From NCBI RefSeq assembly GCF_002964605.1, contig NZ_PQDH01000002.1, positions 541,090 through 605,089 on the forward strand: DNA of 64,000 bases, in the 5' to 3' direction. The DNA is from Vallitalea okinawensis. Its GTDB lineage: Bacteria > Bacillota > Clostridia > Lachnospirales > PQDH01. The translations under genes were made by a program, and so were the position numbers. How positions within the stretch are numbered: the stretch's first letter is position 1; each line of letters opens with the position of its first letter. Shown in pieces: positions 1 to 9,743 of this stretch. The notes under the pieces are model-generated. The model searched no databases and was not told the DNA's origin. It saw nothing but the letters and a program-made list of their open reading frames with translations.

Positions 1-719
1 TCATCATCTAAGAGGCTTATAACACCTAAAGCAGGATAATATTCACTGTATACCTTCACACCTTGACTTTTTAAGAAAGCATATACTTTCTCACAACGAA
101 CTACATTATCTCTTATATCTTTGTCACTGAAAGCGAGTATATGGGAGAGCATCTGTAACCCATTACTTTTTCTAAACCCAAATTCATTAAGCATATCATA
201 ATACTTTTCTAATGCATTTAGTTGACGGTCTGCACTGGCTAGTAGTATTGCAAGCGCATAATCATCACCACTGGTGAGGAAAGGATGGTTGTCCTTCATC
301 TCTCGGTAAATAGTCATCGCTTTTTTAGAAAAGTGATTTACATCTACTCCATCATATACATTTTCAAGGGTATATAGAGCAGTTGGTAGGTAACTCGAAT
401 TCTTAAAACCAGTAGATTTAAGTATTTTCTCGTTAGCTAACATGGAGTTAACTGCTTCAGTTGGATTTTTTTGACCAACACTGAGTAGTCCACTAATTAC
501 ATAGCTGCTAACCCCTCTAAAGGGAGAAAACATCCCTGTTTCGCTCTTAATATACGATTTTATATCTTTAATCTTTTGTATATCCAATTCTTTTCCTCTT
601 ATAGCACAGTTTAGCGCAATGAGATGAGAGGCTAGGTCATGCTCCCACTTAAAAGCATTACGTAACGACTCAAAATTAGACATCATCAACTCTATCTTTT
701 TTTCATACTCTAATTTCAT
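1..719 (-). CDS. DUF4003-family protein, partial (N-terminal part in window; gene runs off the left edge)
   Basis: Minus-strand ATG at 719-717 with GGAGG about 10 nt upstream. Translation MKLEYEKKIELMMSNFESLRNAFKWEHDLASHLIALNCAIRGKEL... is open to position 1. The family call is from memory of DUF4003 N-termini. Confidence 0.5.
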   Translation of the reverse strand, partial: MKLEYEKKIELMMSNFESLRNAFKWEHDLASHLIALNCAIRGKELDIQKIKDIKSYIKSETGMFSPFRGVSSYVISGLLSVGQKNPTEAVNSMLANEKILKSTGFKNSSYLPTALYTLENVYDGVDVNHFSKKAMTIYREMKDNHPFLTSGDDYALAILLASADRQLNALEKYYDMLNEFGFRKSNGLQMLSHILAFSDKDIRDNVVRCEKVYAFLKSQGVKVYSEYYPALGVISLLDD

Positions 720-818
720 TTATACCAAACCTCCAATTTTCGCTACATGATGACTCTATTTACTATTGTACCCTTACATCATAAATAATTTCTATTATTA
801 TACGTACATGAAAGCAAA

Positions 819-1244
819 CTATTTCATATGATTATGTCGTTGCTCATACCAACGGTAGAACATAATAAATGGCCACCATATTATAACGAATAGTGGATAT
901 ACAAACCAAATAACATTAGGTGTATAATAGAAATTCATGAATATCAATAATGAGATGATAAGACCTGCGGCGCAGATTGAGAACATGAGTCTCATAGAAC
1001 TTTTAGTTGGACTGTTCTTTGTTGAGTATTGATCTATTAGTTCTTTCTTGATATCATCGATATCACCAAAGTCAATAAGTGCTTTATTAATAGCATCCTC
1101 TTCATCTTTTCCTTCATCCATCATATCCATAACTTTCTCTTCCAAATTCTGAATGATTTCTTCTACAATGCTCTTTTTGGTTTCACTATCTGGGATTTCT
1201 TTAAATAATTTATGAACATAAGATTCTATACGTTTCATTCCCAA
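819..1244 (-). CDS. PadR-associated membrane protein with a C-terminal 2TM hairpin motif (W-x-x-YP...WWP)
   Basis: Overlaps the PadR gene stop and start. Acidic soluble N-terminus, then a 2-helix segment TPNVIWFVYPLFVIIWWPFIMFY. The same motif recurs four times in ORF 3548..4306. Confidence 0.6.
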   Translation of the reverse strand: MGMKRIESYVHKLFKEIPDSETKKSIVEEIIQNLEEKVMDMMDEGKDEEDAINKALIDFGDIDDIKKELIDQYSTKNSPTKSSMRLMFSICAAGLIISLLIFMNFYYTPNVIWFVYPLFVIIWWPFIMFYRWYEQRHNHMK

Positions 1245-1564
1245 TCCTCCATAAAAATATTGATTACTTTTTTAGTTGTTTCCCACTCAATGATTTTTTC
1301 TCTATAATATGCCCTACCAAGTGTTGTTATGCGGTAATATTTTCTCTTCCGCCCATGGGTCACATCTCCATGATAACTTTTAATTAGATCTTTTTTCTCT
1401 AAACGTTGAAATACCGCATAAAGTGTGGCTTCTTTTATTTCAAACATATTCTCAGTACGTGCTAATATCTCTTTAGATATCTCATATCCATATCTATCTT
1501 TCTCGATAATCAATCGTAAGATGATTGCATCTAGATGACCTCTTATAGTATCACTACTTAACAT
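1235..1564 (-). CDS. PadR family transcriptional regulator
   Basis: 109 aa. Winged-helix signature ...RYGYEISKEI...ATLYAVFQRLEKKDLIKSY...RKYYRITTLGR is typical of PadR. Confidence 0.85.
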   Translation of the reverse strand: MLSSDTIRGHLDAIILRLIIEKDRYGYEISKEILARTENMFEIKEATLYAVFQRLEKKDLIKSYHGDVTHGRKRKYYRITTLGRAYYREKIIEWETTKKVINIFMEDWE

Positions 1565-1659
1565 ACTTCACCTCCAAGCAAATTACTCCATCTGTTATAA
1601 TTATTCTATCATCAATTACTCAACCTGTCAAAGTAATTAATAGTTTACTATCTTCTTGC

Positions 1660-2265
1660 CTAGACATGTAAAAACTTCTCTAATACTAATGTATAATCTC
1701 TACCAAAAATCATAGCCATCAGTGCAAGTGTACCAATGCCCCACACCAGAGCTACTATGCTTGGCCATGGAGTTTGGGATATATTTATCATGAACATAAT
1801 ATTTAAGGCTACTGCTATAAGTACTGTGTATATCTGTAAACCTACATATTGTTCCCATCCCTTATGTTTTATTAACATTGCTATAATAATGCAAGTAATC
1901 GCACCAATCAATAATAGAGGGATAATATAATCAATTGACCAATTTAATCTGCCGTCTCCCAAGTCTATTAGAACTACCATACCCATCATTACTAATACAA
2001 TGAAGAATAACTTACTTGACCTCTTGCGATACTCATGTTGAACAATTTGCATGCATATACTTATTCCTAATAAGCCAGTAGCTACATATATATACCATGG
2101 AAAAATAGTCGTTAATAATAGACTAATTCCTAAAAACATACTTATTAATTTCAAGAGTGGGTATCTTATTCGTCTCTCGCAAAAATCCTGTTCATACATA
2201 GGGTACAAACACTCATCATATTTTTTGATATTAGAGTTATAGATTTGATTCTGATGTGATTTCAT
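1660..2265 (-). CDS. polytopic membrane protein, function unknown
   Basis: 201 aa with several hydrophobic helices. Translationally coupled to the downstream acyltransferase (ATGA overlap at 2262-2265). Confidence 0.5.
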   Translation of the reverse strand: MKSHQNQIYNSNIKKYDECLYPMYEQDFCERRIRYPLLKLISMFLGISLLLTTIFPWYIYVATGLLGISICMQIVQHEYRKRSSKLFFIVLVMMGMVVLIDLGDGRLNWSIDYIIPLLLIGAITCIIIAMLIKHKGWEQYVGLQIYTVLIAVALNIMFMINISQTPWPSIVALVWGIGTLALMAMIFGRDYTLVLEKFLHV

Positions 2266-3551
2266 TTGTTCTCGCTCCTACCATTTGAATAAAGTTCTAC
2301 TGTTAATCCTGATTCCTTTGTTAAGTAATCAAAATAATAATCAACAAGGTTATGTTCCTGCATTGCCCTAGAGATAGATACGACTAAATGATCATTGTAG
2401 GAACAGACAGCTGTATTGATATAATGAGGTTTTGATGCATATAGTACGCATTCAAAATGTTCCACATATGCTTTCATTACCTCTGGCATATGAATTATTC
2501 CAGGATTTGTTAATGTAGTGGTAACGACTTTCTTGCTTTTATAGGTACGAACCTGCTTAAGTAACAGATTTTTTATAAAATTTGGAGTTAGTCGTAAAAC
2601 TATATTTTTTTCAAAACTAACGTTATGATGTATATGAGTATAGAGTGTTTCTTTCTTTAGACCTTCTTTCATCTGTTTTTTAATCTGCTGAATAATCTGA
2701 TCCAGTGTCAAGTTATCTGATGGCTTTACTACCACATTAACAAAGTATGAAAAATTCCTCATAGTCTCTGAAGGAAAAATGCGCCTTAAGTTAACCGGGA
2801 CAGCTACAACAATTGGTCGCTGCACTTTCATTCTTTGTTTATTCATATTATTTATGGTCATGATTAAAATAGCTGTCAAGTATACGGTTATGGTAGCTCC
2901 TCGCTTCTTAGCAATTTGATTCAACTGTGAGGCACTCATTCTTCCATGACTTACTATTATAGTATTTTCCCTCATTGGAGTCCCCACAATATGTTGAGCA
3001 CCGACATCTCTTGGTCTAGGCTTAACCTGAATATCTGATTCATAATATGCTTTAAAACTATCTTCTAACTCTTCTCGATTAATCTGCTCTCCAGCCACTT
3101 TAATCATCTTATCTGGCTCCATATCTGGATACTCATATTTTATATATGCAAACACGAGTGCTTTCAGAAACTCTATCCCACCATAGCCATCTGTTAAAGC
3201 ATGAAAACACTCCACTGCAATTCTTTTTTTATAATAAAATACTTTGAATAAATAACCATTATTTTCTTCTTTATCAATTGCCCTACATGGACTCGCTGAT
3301 TCTAAATGGACCAATGGTTTATTCGGATTGGGTTCAAAATAGTACCAAAACAACCCTTTTCTCATAGACACCGCCATAGAAGGAAATCGTCCCATAATAG
3401 ACTCCAGGGCTTTCTGTAATTGTTCTGGATTAATATTATCATATAAAATGGCAGCCAATCGAAAAGTAGCTGTATCTTCCTTTGTGGCAAATGCAGGATA
3501 GATTTTTGCTGCATTATCTAATCGAAACCATTTAGGCATATTTCTACTCAT
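2262..3551 (-). CDS. acyltransferase with HxxxDG active-site motif (alcohol acetyltransferase / WS-DGAT / condensation-domain-like fold)
   Basis: 429 aa. The motif FHALTDGYGG (HxxxDG) near residue 135 is the catalytic signature of CAT-like acyltransferases. No signal peptide. Confidence 0.55.
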   Translation of the reverse strand: MSRNMPKWFRLDNAAKIYPAFATKEDTATFRLAAILYDNINPEQLQKALESIMGRFPSMAVSMRKGLFWYYFEPNPNKPLVHLESASPCRAIDKEENNGYLFKVFYYKKRIAVECFHALTDGYGGIEFLKALVFAYIKYEYPDMEPDKMIKVAGEQINREELEDSFKAYYESDIQVKPRPRDVGAQHIVGTPMRENTIIVSHGRMSASQLNQIAKKRGATITVYLTAILIMTINNMNKQRMKVQRPIVVAVPVNLRRIFPSETMRNFSYFVNVVVKPSDNLTLDQIIQQIKKQMKEGLKKETLYTHIHHNVSFEKNIVLRLTPNFIKNLLLKQVRTYKSKKVVTTTLTNPGIIHMPEVMKAYVEHFECVLYASKPHYINTAVCSYNDHLVVSISRAMQEHNLVDYYFDYLTKESGLTVELYSNGRSENK

Positions 3552-4306
3552 TTAATCATGCCTTTCTTCTTTGTAATGTGGTCATCTTTATGTTTCATAT
3601 AACCAAAGCAATAGGTAACTAAAGGCCACCACATAGCAGCAAATATTGGATATATTGCCCATATTGTTGAGGGTGTTGATATCCAGTTAACAAGGATAAA
3701 AAATACTGATATTAAGAATGTACCAACTAGAGAAAAAAGCATATATCTTTTTTTAATCACACAATACCGAATCAGAGGCCACCATAAAAAAATAAATGTT
3801 GTGAAAATAGACCAAGGGTATCCTGGTGAAAGATATACATTAAGTACAATATAGTAAGCAATAATACTAGCACTTGATAATATCGTAAAACTGATTTTGT
3901 TACGCCATTTACCAGCATACATAATTATAGGCCACAACAGAATCGGATATGTCGCATAGAGAAACCAAAGATGTGCACTCGATGTCACATAATTTATGAT
4001 TACTAAGAAAGTTACTAGGGATAATGCACTCACAAGAGATAAGGCATTATATTTCTTGGTGGCATAATGATAAACAATGATGGGCCAAAATATAACAACA
4101 AAACTAGGATATATACTCCAATGATCACTAGGGTTGACTATTTTGTTGATACTAATTAAAAAACCACTAATTAATAATGCTCCAACAATCGAAAAAACTA
4201 CCTTAGATTTATTCATTTCCATCGACTCCATTTCAATATTTAAGAAAGTAATATTAATTACTCTATCTGATATAGTTATATTATCACTAATTACTCTATT
4301 TGTCAA
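3548..4306 (-). CDS. membrane protein composed of four tandem 2TM-hairpin repeats
   Basis: Four copies of the pattern (S/T)P..W.IYP.F....WWP.I.Y: HWSIYPSFVVIFWPIIVYHY, LWFLYATYPILLWPIIMY, PWSIFTTFIFLWWPLIRY, IWAIYPIFAAMWWPLVTY. The true start may be the internal MNKSKVV. Confidence 0.6.
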   Translation of the reverse strand: MTNRVISDNITISDRVINITFLNIEMESMEMNKSKVVFSIVGALLISGFLISINKIVNPSDHWSIYPSFVVIFWPIIVYHYATKKYNALSLVSALSLVTFLVIINYVTSSAHLWFLYATYPILLWPIIMYAGKWRNKISFTILSSASIIAYYIVLNVYLSPGYPWSIFTTFIFLWWPLIRYCVIKKRYMLFSLVGTFLISVFFILVNWISTPSTIWAIYPIFAAMWWPLVTYCFGYMKHKDDHITKKKGMIK

Positions 4307-4470
4307 AGTAATTTATATTTACTTCATGATTATTTCTACATAAACCCACTTCTTAATGGGCTTTGTATAGATAAATTATTATAATTATATTATTCTTTTA
4401 TATATAGTAATTTAATTTTTATTACTCTTCCTCTTATAATTAACTGACTAATATAAGTTTTGACATTGAC

Positions 4471-4528
4471 AAAAAAAACCCCTAAGCAGTTGAGCTAATT
4501 TTTATTAATTAGACCGTCTACTTAGGGA
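4471..4528 (-). terminator. rho-independent terminator downstream of the flavodoxin-like gene
   Basis: Minus-strand stem CCCTAAGTAG / CTGCTTAGGG (one G-U wobble) followed by a run of 8 T (plus-strand A8 at 4471-4478). The loop is unusually long and contains its own small palindrome CTAATT...AATTAG. Confidence 0.6.
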
Positions 4529-4589
4529 GTATCATATCAAAACCTTCAACTAACCCTCACTCTAAATAATAAGTGAGGGATGGTTATAG

Positions 4590-5222
4590 CTAGCGTATAA
4601 AATTAGTAAATGTTTTCTCTTCTTTTTCAGGTGATTTTATAGTACCCTTACCATTGTCAATCAACTTCATAATCCATGCCATATTTTTACCAAGTACTCT
4701 CATAATTTGAACACCTTCATCATCTTGCAACGCTTCTCCTGGTCGAGTGCCATGAATAACATTCCAGTAATTCGATGTAGGCATAATCATCTCTGAATAA
4801 TTGATATAATTATTCAACTGATCAAAAGTAGGAATACCACCTGAACGTCTAACAGCAACAACAGATGTTCCTACCTTATGTCTTAACATTCCACCATTAA
4901 CACCAGTAACATAAAAGGCTCTATCTAGAAATGATTTCATAGTGCCACCAATAGCTGAATAATGAACAGGAGATCCTAAAATTATCCCATCTGCATCTTT
5001 CATAGCTTGAATCCATTCATTAACCTCATCATTAATTGCACATCTTTCATTTTTGTTCTTCCAGCAATAGCCACATGCCATGCACCCTTTAATGCCCTTA
5101 TTACCTACATGAATAATTTGGGTTTCTATCCCCTCTTTTTCAAGTTCATCTGTAACAATTTTGATTGCATGATAAGTATTTCCTTCTTTTCTCGGACTTC
5201 CATTAAATGCTATAACTTTCAT
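4590..5222 (-). CDS. flavodoxin-fold NADPH-dependent FMN reductase / iron-sulfur flavoprotein
   Basis: MKVIAFNGSPRKEGNT N-terminus (FMN_red signature), CxxC..C cluster (CMACGYCWKNKNERC), GSPVHYSAIGGTMKSFLDR. Confidence 0.8.
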   Translation of the reverse strand: MKVIAFNGSPRKEGNTYHAIKIVTDELEKEGIETQIIHVGNKGIKGCMACGYCWKNKNERCAINDEVNEWIQAMKDADGIILGSPVHYSAIGGTMKSFLDRAFYVTGVNGGMLRHKVGTSVVAVRRSGGIPTFDQLNNYINYSEMIMPTSNYWNVIHGTRPGEALQDDEGVQIMRVLGKNMAWIMKLIDNGKGTIKSPEKEEKTFTNFIR

Positions 5223-5370
5223 TTTTTTCCTCCTTATATATCGTCAATCCTAAACAATAACGAATTCTCCGTTCATTCATCAATTATAAATTGTAGTAAG
5301 CATACATACAAGTACGCACTTTTATGTAAGATAACTTACCAAAAGGTTTGAATTGTTATAATCTTTAACT

Positions 5371-5712
5371 TTACTCTTCATCTTTACAATATAAATCATA
5401 GTGCTTTGTTGTCCAACTTTCAATCATCTTTAAAGCTGGATACAGCTCCTTTCCTTTTTCAGAAAGGTAATATTCTACTCTTGGAGGTACTTCTGGATAA
5501 ACCACCTTTTCTATTAAACCATCAGCTTCTAAACTCCTCAACTGTTGATTCAATACTTTTTGACTTATACCATCAATTATTCTTTGAAGCTCTAAAAATC
5601 TTTTTGCACCATTCCCAAGGTGACATAGTATAACGACTTTCCATTTTCCCTTTATAAGATTAAACCCAAAATCTAATGCACAGACATATTCTTTACCATT
5701 ATAACTGATCAT
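5371..5712 (-). CDS. HxlR family transcriptional regulator
   Basis: 113 aa. ...GKWKVVILCHL...RFLELQRIIDGISQKVLNQQLRSLEADGLIEK... matches the HxlR/MarR-like HTH. Confidence 0.85.
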   Translation of the reverse strand: MISYNGKEYVCALDFGFNLIKGKWKVVILCHLGNGAKRFLELQRIIDGISQKVLNQQLRSLEADGLIEKVVYPEVPPRVEYYLSEKGKELYPALKMIESWTTKHYDLYCKDEE

Positions 5713-5888
5713 GCTATCTGCCTACTTTCTGCCTACTCTCAATACTTTACCTTATTCTAACACACATACAATGAAATGCAAATTACTTCATGATAACCTC
5801 ATACTATCTGAATGGTTTGATTGTCTATAGTACTATAAGTTTATGTTTTATTATTGAAATAAGCATATCAAGTATTTAATGTTTAAAG

Positions 5889-5925
5889 CTGAAAAACCCA
5901 TGACATTATGTAATATCATGGGTTT
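5889..5925 (-). terminator. terminator hairpin downstream of the GH31/sulfatase/ABC operon
   Basis: 10-bp stem AAACCCATGA / TCATGGGTTT. On the minus strand it is followed by TTTTT. Confidence 0.5.
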
Positions 5926-6019
5926 CTTTGGTATAATAAAATATTAATTATTGAATTCAGAGTTAAGTAATCTTCATTTTTGACCATACTAAAATGATAA
6001 CTGATGCTAATCAATATTC

Positions 6020-8335
6020 TTAATTATATCGAATAATCTCTGACAATTTAACTTTAACATAATGAATATCTTGATTTATCATTTCGCAATAGCTACTTTG
6101 TAATTCAAATATTTCATTATTTATTCTAAGTTGCTTATCGAGATGGTTGATGATCTTAATCTCTATATACTTATAATCTGATGTGAAATTGCAATTAGAT
6201 ACTTCTACATCTACAGTAAGTACGTTATTAACATAACACTGCTTTACTTCAATTAATTCATGTTTCTCCAAATAATCTATAGACATACCATCATCTTCAT
6301 ACTGAGAAAAACGACATCCCTGTTGGCTAGGGAATAGATAGATATCTAATTGATCACAATTACCATCGGATACATGATTCTGACTATCGTCTTTCATCGT
6401 TAAGATACTTCCTTCTTTCATAAACAATGGAATAGTCTCAAGGGGTGCATTCACATCTACTGTTTGTTGCTTTTCGCTATCATGAATTACTCCATTTCCT
6501 AGTTCCAACCATTTCCCTTTTGGTAAGACAACCCTTCGTTTATAGGTATCTTTTTCATATACAGGCGCTACTAATAAAGCATCTCCAAACATCCACTGAT
6601 CCCAAATAGTTGCTAACTCCTTATTTTCACTATATGCCATAGCCATAGGTTGTACAGGTGGTACGGCTTTGGTATGCATCTTCCATATAAGCGAGTAAAT
6701 ATAAGGCATTAATCGCATTCTGAGCTGAAGGATATCTCTTGCAATGGATTCAGTAGATGTACCATATAACCAAGGCTCTTTTGGAAATCTTCCATGTGTT
6801 CTTGCTACGGCAATAAAACATCCGAATTGTAGCCAACGGATAAACAGATCTTTCTTTGGCTCTCCCTGAATACCACCGATATCCATCGTCCAAAATGGTA
6901 AACCTGACATAGACATTTCCATTCCCGCCATGATCTCAGAACGCAGATCTTCCCAGGTACTTTCATGATCACCAAACCACACCAAACCATAACGCTGACT
7001 TCCTGAAGTTGCAGCTCTTGTTAAGCCAAACATCCTCTCATTAGGTTTAGCTTCTCTCATAGCTTCAACTACCGTCTTATTGTACAGTAATCCCCATATA
7101 TTAGCCATTTCCTCAGGATACATACCATTATAAAACTTCCCACCATAGACATTCCAGTTCATGAAATTTTCATTCATGCCCTTACCTTCACCACCATCAA
7201 CCATGAATCCTTTAGTTCCTTCATCTATCAATGGTCTTATCTGATTTTTCCAGTGTTCTATATGGGCTGGATTACTAAAATCTTTAGCTTCAATATTGCA
7301 TGTGGTATTAACATGTGTAATCAGCTTTATATTCATTTGATCCAGTTCTTCAATCATGGCTATAGGATCTGGGAAACATTCATAATCCCACGTAAGGTCT
7401 GTTACTTCATTAGGTCTATATACCCCTCGCCACATGAGGTCAAGAAAAAGAACATCGCATGGAATATTTTTTTCTCGGAACTTTTTTGCATTATCTAGAA
7501 CCTCTTCCTGTGTTCTATAACTATATCGACCATTCCAATACCCTAGTGACCATTTTGGCGGCATAAAAGGCATACCAGTTAGCTGATGATAGCTATACAG
7601 GACTTCTTTATAATCACCAAAAAATAAATAAGCATCCAACACATCAGATTTAGGTACTATGATTTCCACTTCATCACCGTTAAAATTGAAGGAAGTATCC
7701 CATTGTGATGTATTTACAAACACCCCATAACCTTGACTACTCATATAAAAAGGAACAGATTTACCATCCCATGTATTTTTTTCAATCTTATGCAGAATAG
7801 TATTCTCATTTAATGGATAACATCTCCTGAGTCCAGTTCCATAGAAATGCTCTTCACTCTTTTTGCTCATATCCCAGAACAGTTCTCTCTCATTCCAACA
7901 TATAGTACTACCATCAAGAATGCAGTATGTATTCCAATCAAATTTATCTTCATCTTCTTGCATTACAACTTTTAGGTCAAAATTATCTTTAGATATGCAT
8001 ACTAAATATTTTTCAATTTTCACCTGAATTTCTTCGTTATTATCTTTAATAATTTCAAATTCACATTCTTTTAGGCACGTATTCTCAATCATATACGGCT
8101 GATTCTCACCTAAAGGATAAGGTTGACTTTCCTGACCTGTTGTTGATAAATATAAGTGCACTGAATCGTTCACTAAAAAATCCATTCTTCCGATTGCACC
8201 CGAACTACATGTAAAGGATAATCCTGTTTTAGTCACTTGACTATCAACAATACTCCCAATTTCCTTTATACTAAATCTCTCTCGTTTAAAAGGTGTACTT
8301 ATACCTACACCTTCAAGCACGTCAATTACAGCCAT
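6020..8335 (-). CDS. glycoside hydrolase family 31 (alpha-glucosidase/alpha-xylosidase-like)
   Basis: 771 aa. Block ...TRAATSGSQRYGLVWFGDHESTWEDLRSEIMAGMEMSMSGLPFWTMDIGG... matches the GH31 W.GD..S.W..L...PF...DIGGF region. No signal peptide. Confidence 0.8.
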   Translation of the reverse strand: MAVIDVLEGVGISTPFKRERFSIKEIGSIVDSQVTKTGLSFTCSSGAIGRMDFLVNDSVHLYLSTTGQESQPYPLGENQPYMIENTCLKECEFEIIKDNNEEIQVKIEKYLVCISKDNFDLKVVMQEDEDKFDWNTYCILDGSTICWNERELFWDMSKKSEEHFYGTGLRRCYPLNENTILHKIEKNTWDGKSVPFYMSSQGYGVFVNTSQWDTSFNFNGDEVEIIVPKSDVLDAYLFFGDYKEVLYSYHQLTGMPFMPPKWSLGYWNGRYSYRTQEEVLDNAKKFREKNIPCDVLFLDLMWRGVYRPNEVTDLTWDYECFPDPIAMIEELDQMNIKLITHVNTTCNIEAKDFSNPAHIEHWKNQIRPLIDEGTKGFMVDGGEGKGMNENFMNWNVYGGKFYNGMYPEEMANIWGLLYNKTVVEAMREAKPNERMFGLTRAATSGSQRYGLVWFGDHESTWEDLRSEIMAGMEMSMSGLPFWTMDIGGIQGEPKKDLFIRWLQFGCFIAVARTHGRFPKEPWLYGTSTESIARDILQLRMRLMPYIYSLIWKMHTKAVPPVQPMAMAYSENKELATIWDQWMFGDALLVAPVYEKDTYKRRVVLPKGKWLELGNGVIHDSEKQQTVDVNAPLETIPLFMKEGSILTMKDDSQNHVSDGNCDQLDIYLFPSQQGCRFSQYEDDGMSIDYLEKHELIEVKQCYVNNVLTVDVEVSNCNFTSDYKYIEIKIINHLDKQLRINNEIFELQSSYCEMINQDIHYVKVKLSEIIRYN

Positions 8336-8336
8336 C

Positions 8337-9707
8337 TTAAACCTCCTTCGTCAATTCTGGTAAATCAAAACTGTCTTCCGTATCTGTAATCCATTGTTGT
8401 AGTCTATCATTCAGTTCTATTCTTTTTTCTATAAATTTTGAGTTATGAGCAAGGTTGACCTGCTCATAAGGATCTTCATTAAGGTTAAACATTAACCATG
8501 GTGTTCTTTTGAAGCAAATATACTTCCAACCATCTTTAGTCACGATTCCTCTCCACGGTCTATCTACACTGTTATGATGACCCGTCGGTATAACCGATTG
8601 TAAATAAGCACTGTCCGGCTCCTCATCAATCCTTCTACCTTTTATACGATAGTGGGCATAATCCGTTCCTTCCATCCAATCAGGTACATCTAAACCACAG
8701 AGTCCTAATGTTGTTGGTGCTATATCCACATGATTAATCGGTACATGGCAATCTCCATTTAAGCGACCATTATACCTTGCAAGTTCTCCACCAATGATAA
8801 AGGGTATGCTAATCGATTCTTGCATAGGTGACATTTTAAGGTACTGTCCATGACTACCATGCATATCTCCATGATCACTGAAAAATACAATATGTGTATC
8901 ATCAGTTAAGCCAAACTCATTTAATGCCTCTCTTATTCGACCTAAATTATAATCCAAATTCTCAATTTGAGCATAATAACCTGCTAAATCTTCTCTGGCC
9001 TTTTCCTGAACATTCTTGATATTGGGAACATTTCCTCTTAACTTGATACGTCCTGGTGTATAATTCTTTTGAAATTTTGCAGGTGCTACATAAGGATTAT
9101 GTGGTGGCTGTACTGAAAGAACAGCAAAAAATGACTCACCATCTTCTTGTTTTTCTTTTAAATAATCAATTAACATATCCGATAAAACATCTGTTTCATA
9201 GCCATCTAACTTAAATGACCTTGTTTCATCACCATCTCCACCATGTACCCATGTATCCCATGGTGAGTTGTTATTATCATAACCAATCCATCTTTTAAAT
9301 CCACCACGACGTTCTGGCGGAACAATATGCATAGCTGCACGTCCGTCATGAATTTTGTCATTACAATCCTTCAAGCGCATATTAAACTCTTCAAATCCAT
9401 CTAAGTGCCATTTACCAAAATAAGCAGTATGATAACCTTGATCATTGAAGGCATGAGCAATGGTCTTATGATTAGTATCTAATGGATATTCATGACCCGG
9501 AACACACTTATGTGGATATTTACTTGTTAACAAAGAGCCTCTAAATGGACAGCAAAGCGGAAATCCAGATACAGCATTTTTAAAATTAACACCTAGGCGT
9601 GCAAGATTATCAATATTAGGTGTGTAAATATTAGGATCGCCATTAATTCCTAGAGCTTGACCGCGGTGCTGGTCTCCAAAAATCCAAATTACATTTTTCT
9701 TGTTCAT
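8337..9707 (-). CDS. formylglycine-dependent sulfatase
   Basis: 456 aa. C-x-P-x-R motif in LCCPFRGSLLT and C-terminal FFSDHGDMHGSHGQYLKMS block. No signal peptide. Confidence 0.85.
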   Translation of the reverse strand: MNKKNVIWIFGDQHRGQALGINGDPNIYTPNIDNLARLGVNFKNAVSGFPLCCPFRGSLLTSKYPHKCVPGHEYPLDTNHKTIAHAFNDQGYHTAYFGKWHLDGFEEFNMRLKDCNDKIHDGRAAMHIVPPERRGGFKRWIGYDNNNSPWDTWVHGGDGDETRSFKLDGYETDVLSDMLIDYLKEKQEDGESFFAVLSVQPPHNPYVAPAKFQKNYTPGRIKLRGNVPNIKNVQEKAREDLAGYYAQIENLDYNLGRIREALNEFGLTDDTHIVFFSDHGDMHGSHGQYLKMSPMQESISIPFIIGGELARYNGRLNGDCHVPINHVDIAPTTLGLCGLDVPDWMEGTDYAHYRIKGRRIDEEPDSAYLQSVIPTGHHNSVDRPWRGIVTKDGWKYICFKRTPWLMFNLNEDPYEQVNLAHNSKFIEKRIELNDRLQQWITDTEDSFDLPELTKEV

Positions 9708-9743
9708 TTTTTATTCCCTTCTTTGAACGTTTATAGTTTTGAA

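Noticed and set aside
1736-2242. Plus-strand ORFs 1736..1930 and 2051..2242
   Set aside because: They lie entirely inside the minus-strand membrane-protein gene 1660..2265. They are short and low-complexity, so I read them as antisense shadow ORFs.
4134-4343. 69-aa plus-strand ORF
   Set aside because: It overlaps the 5' end of gene 3548..4306 on the opposite strand. The peptide is an Ile/Leu-rich artefact of AT-rich sequence.
5007-5351. 114-aa plus-strand ORF
   Set aside because: It is antisense to the flavodoxin-like gene and its promoter region. It has no RBS and its composition is low-complexity.
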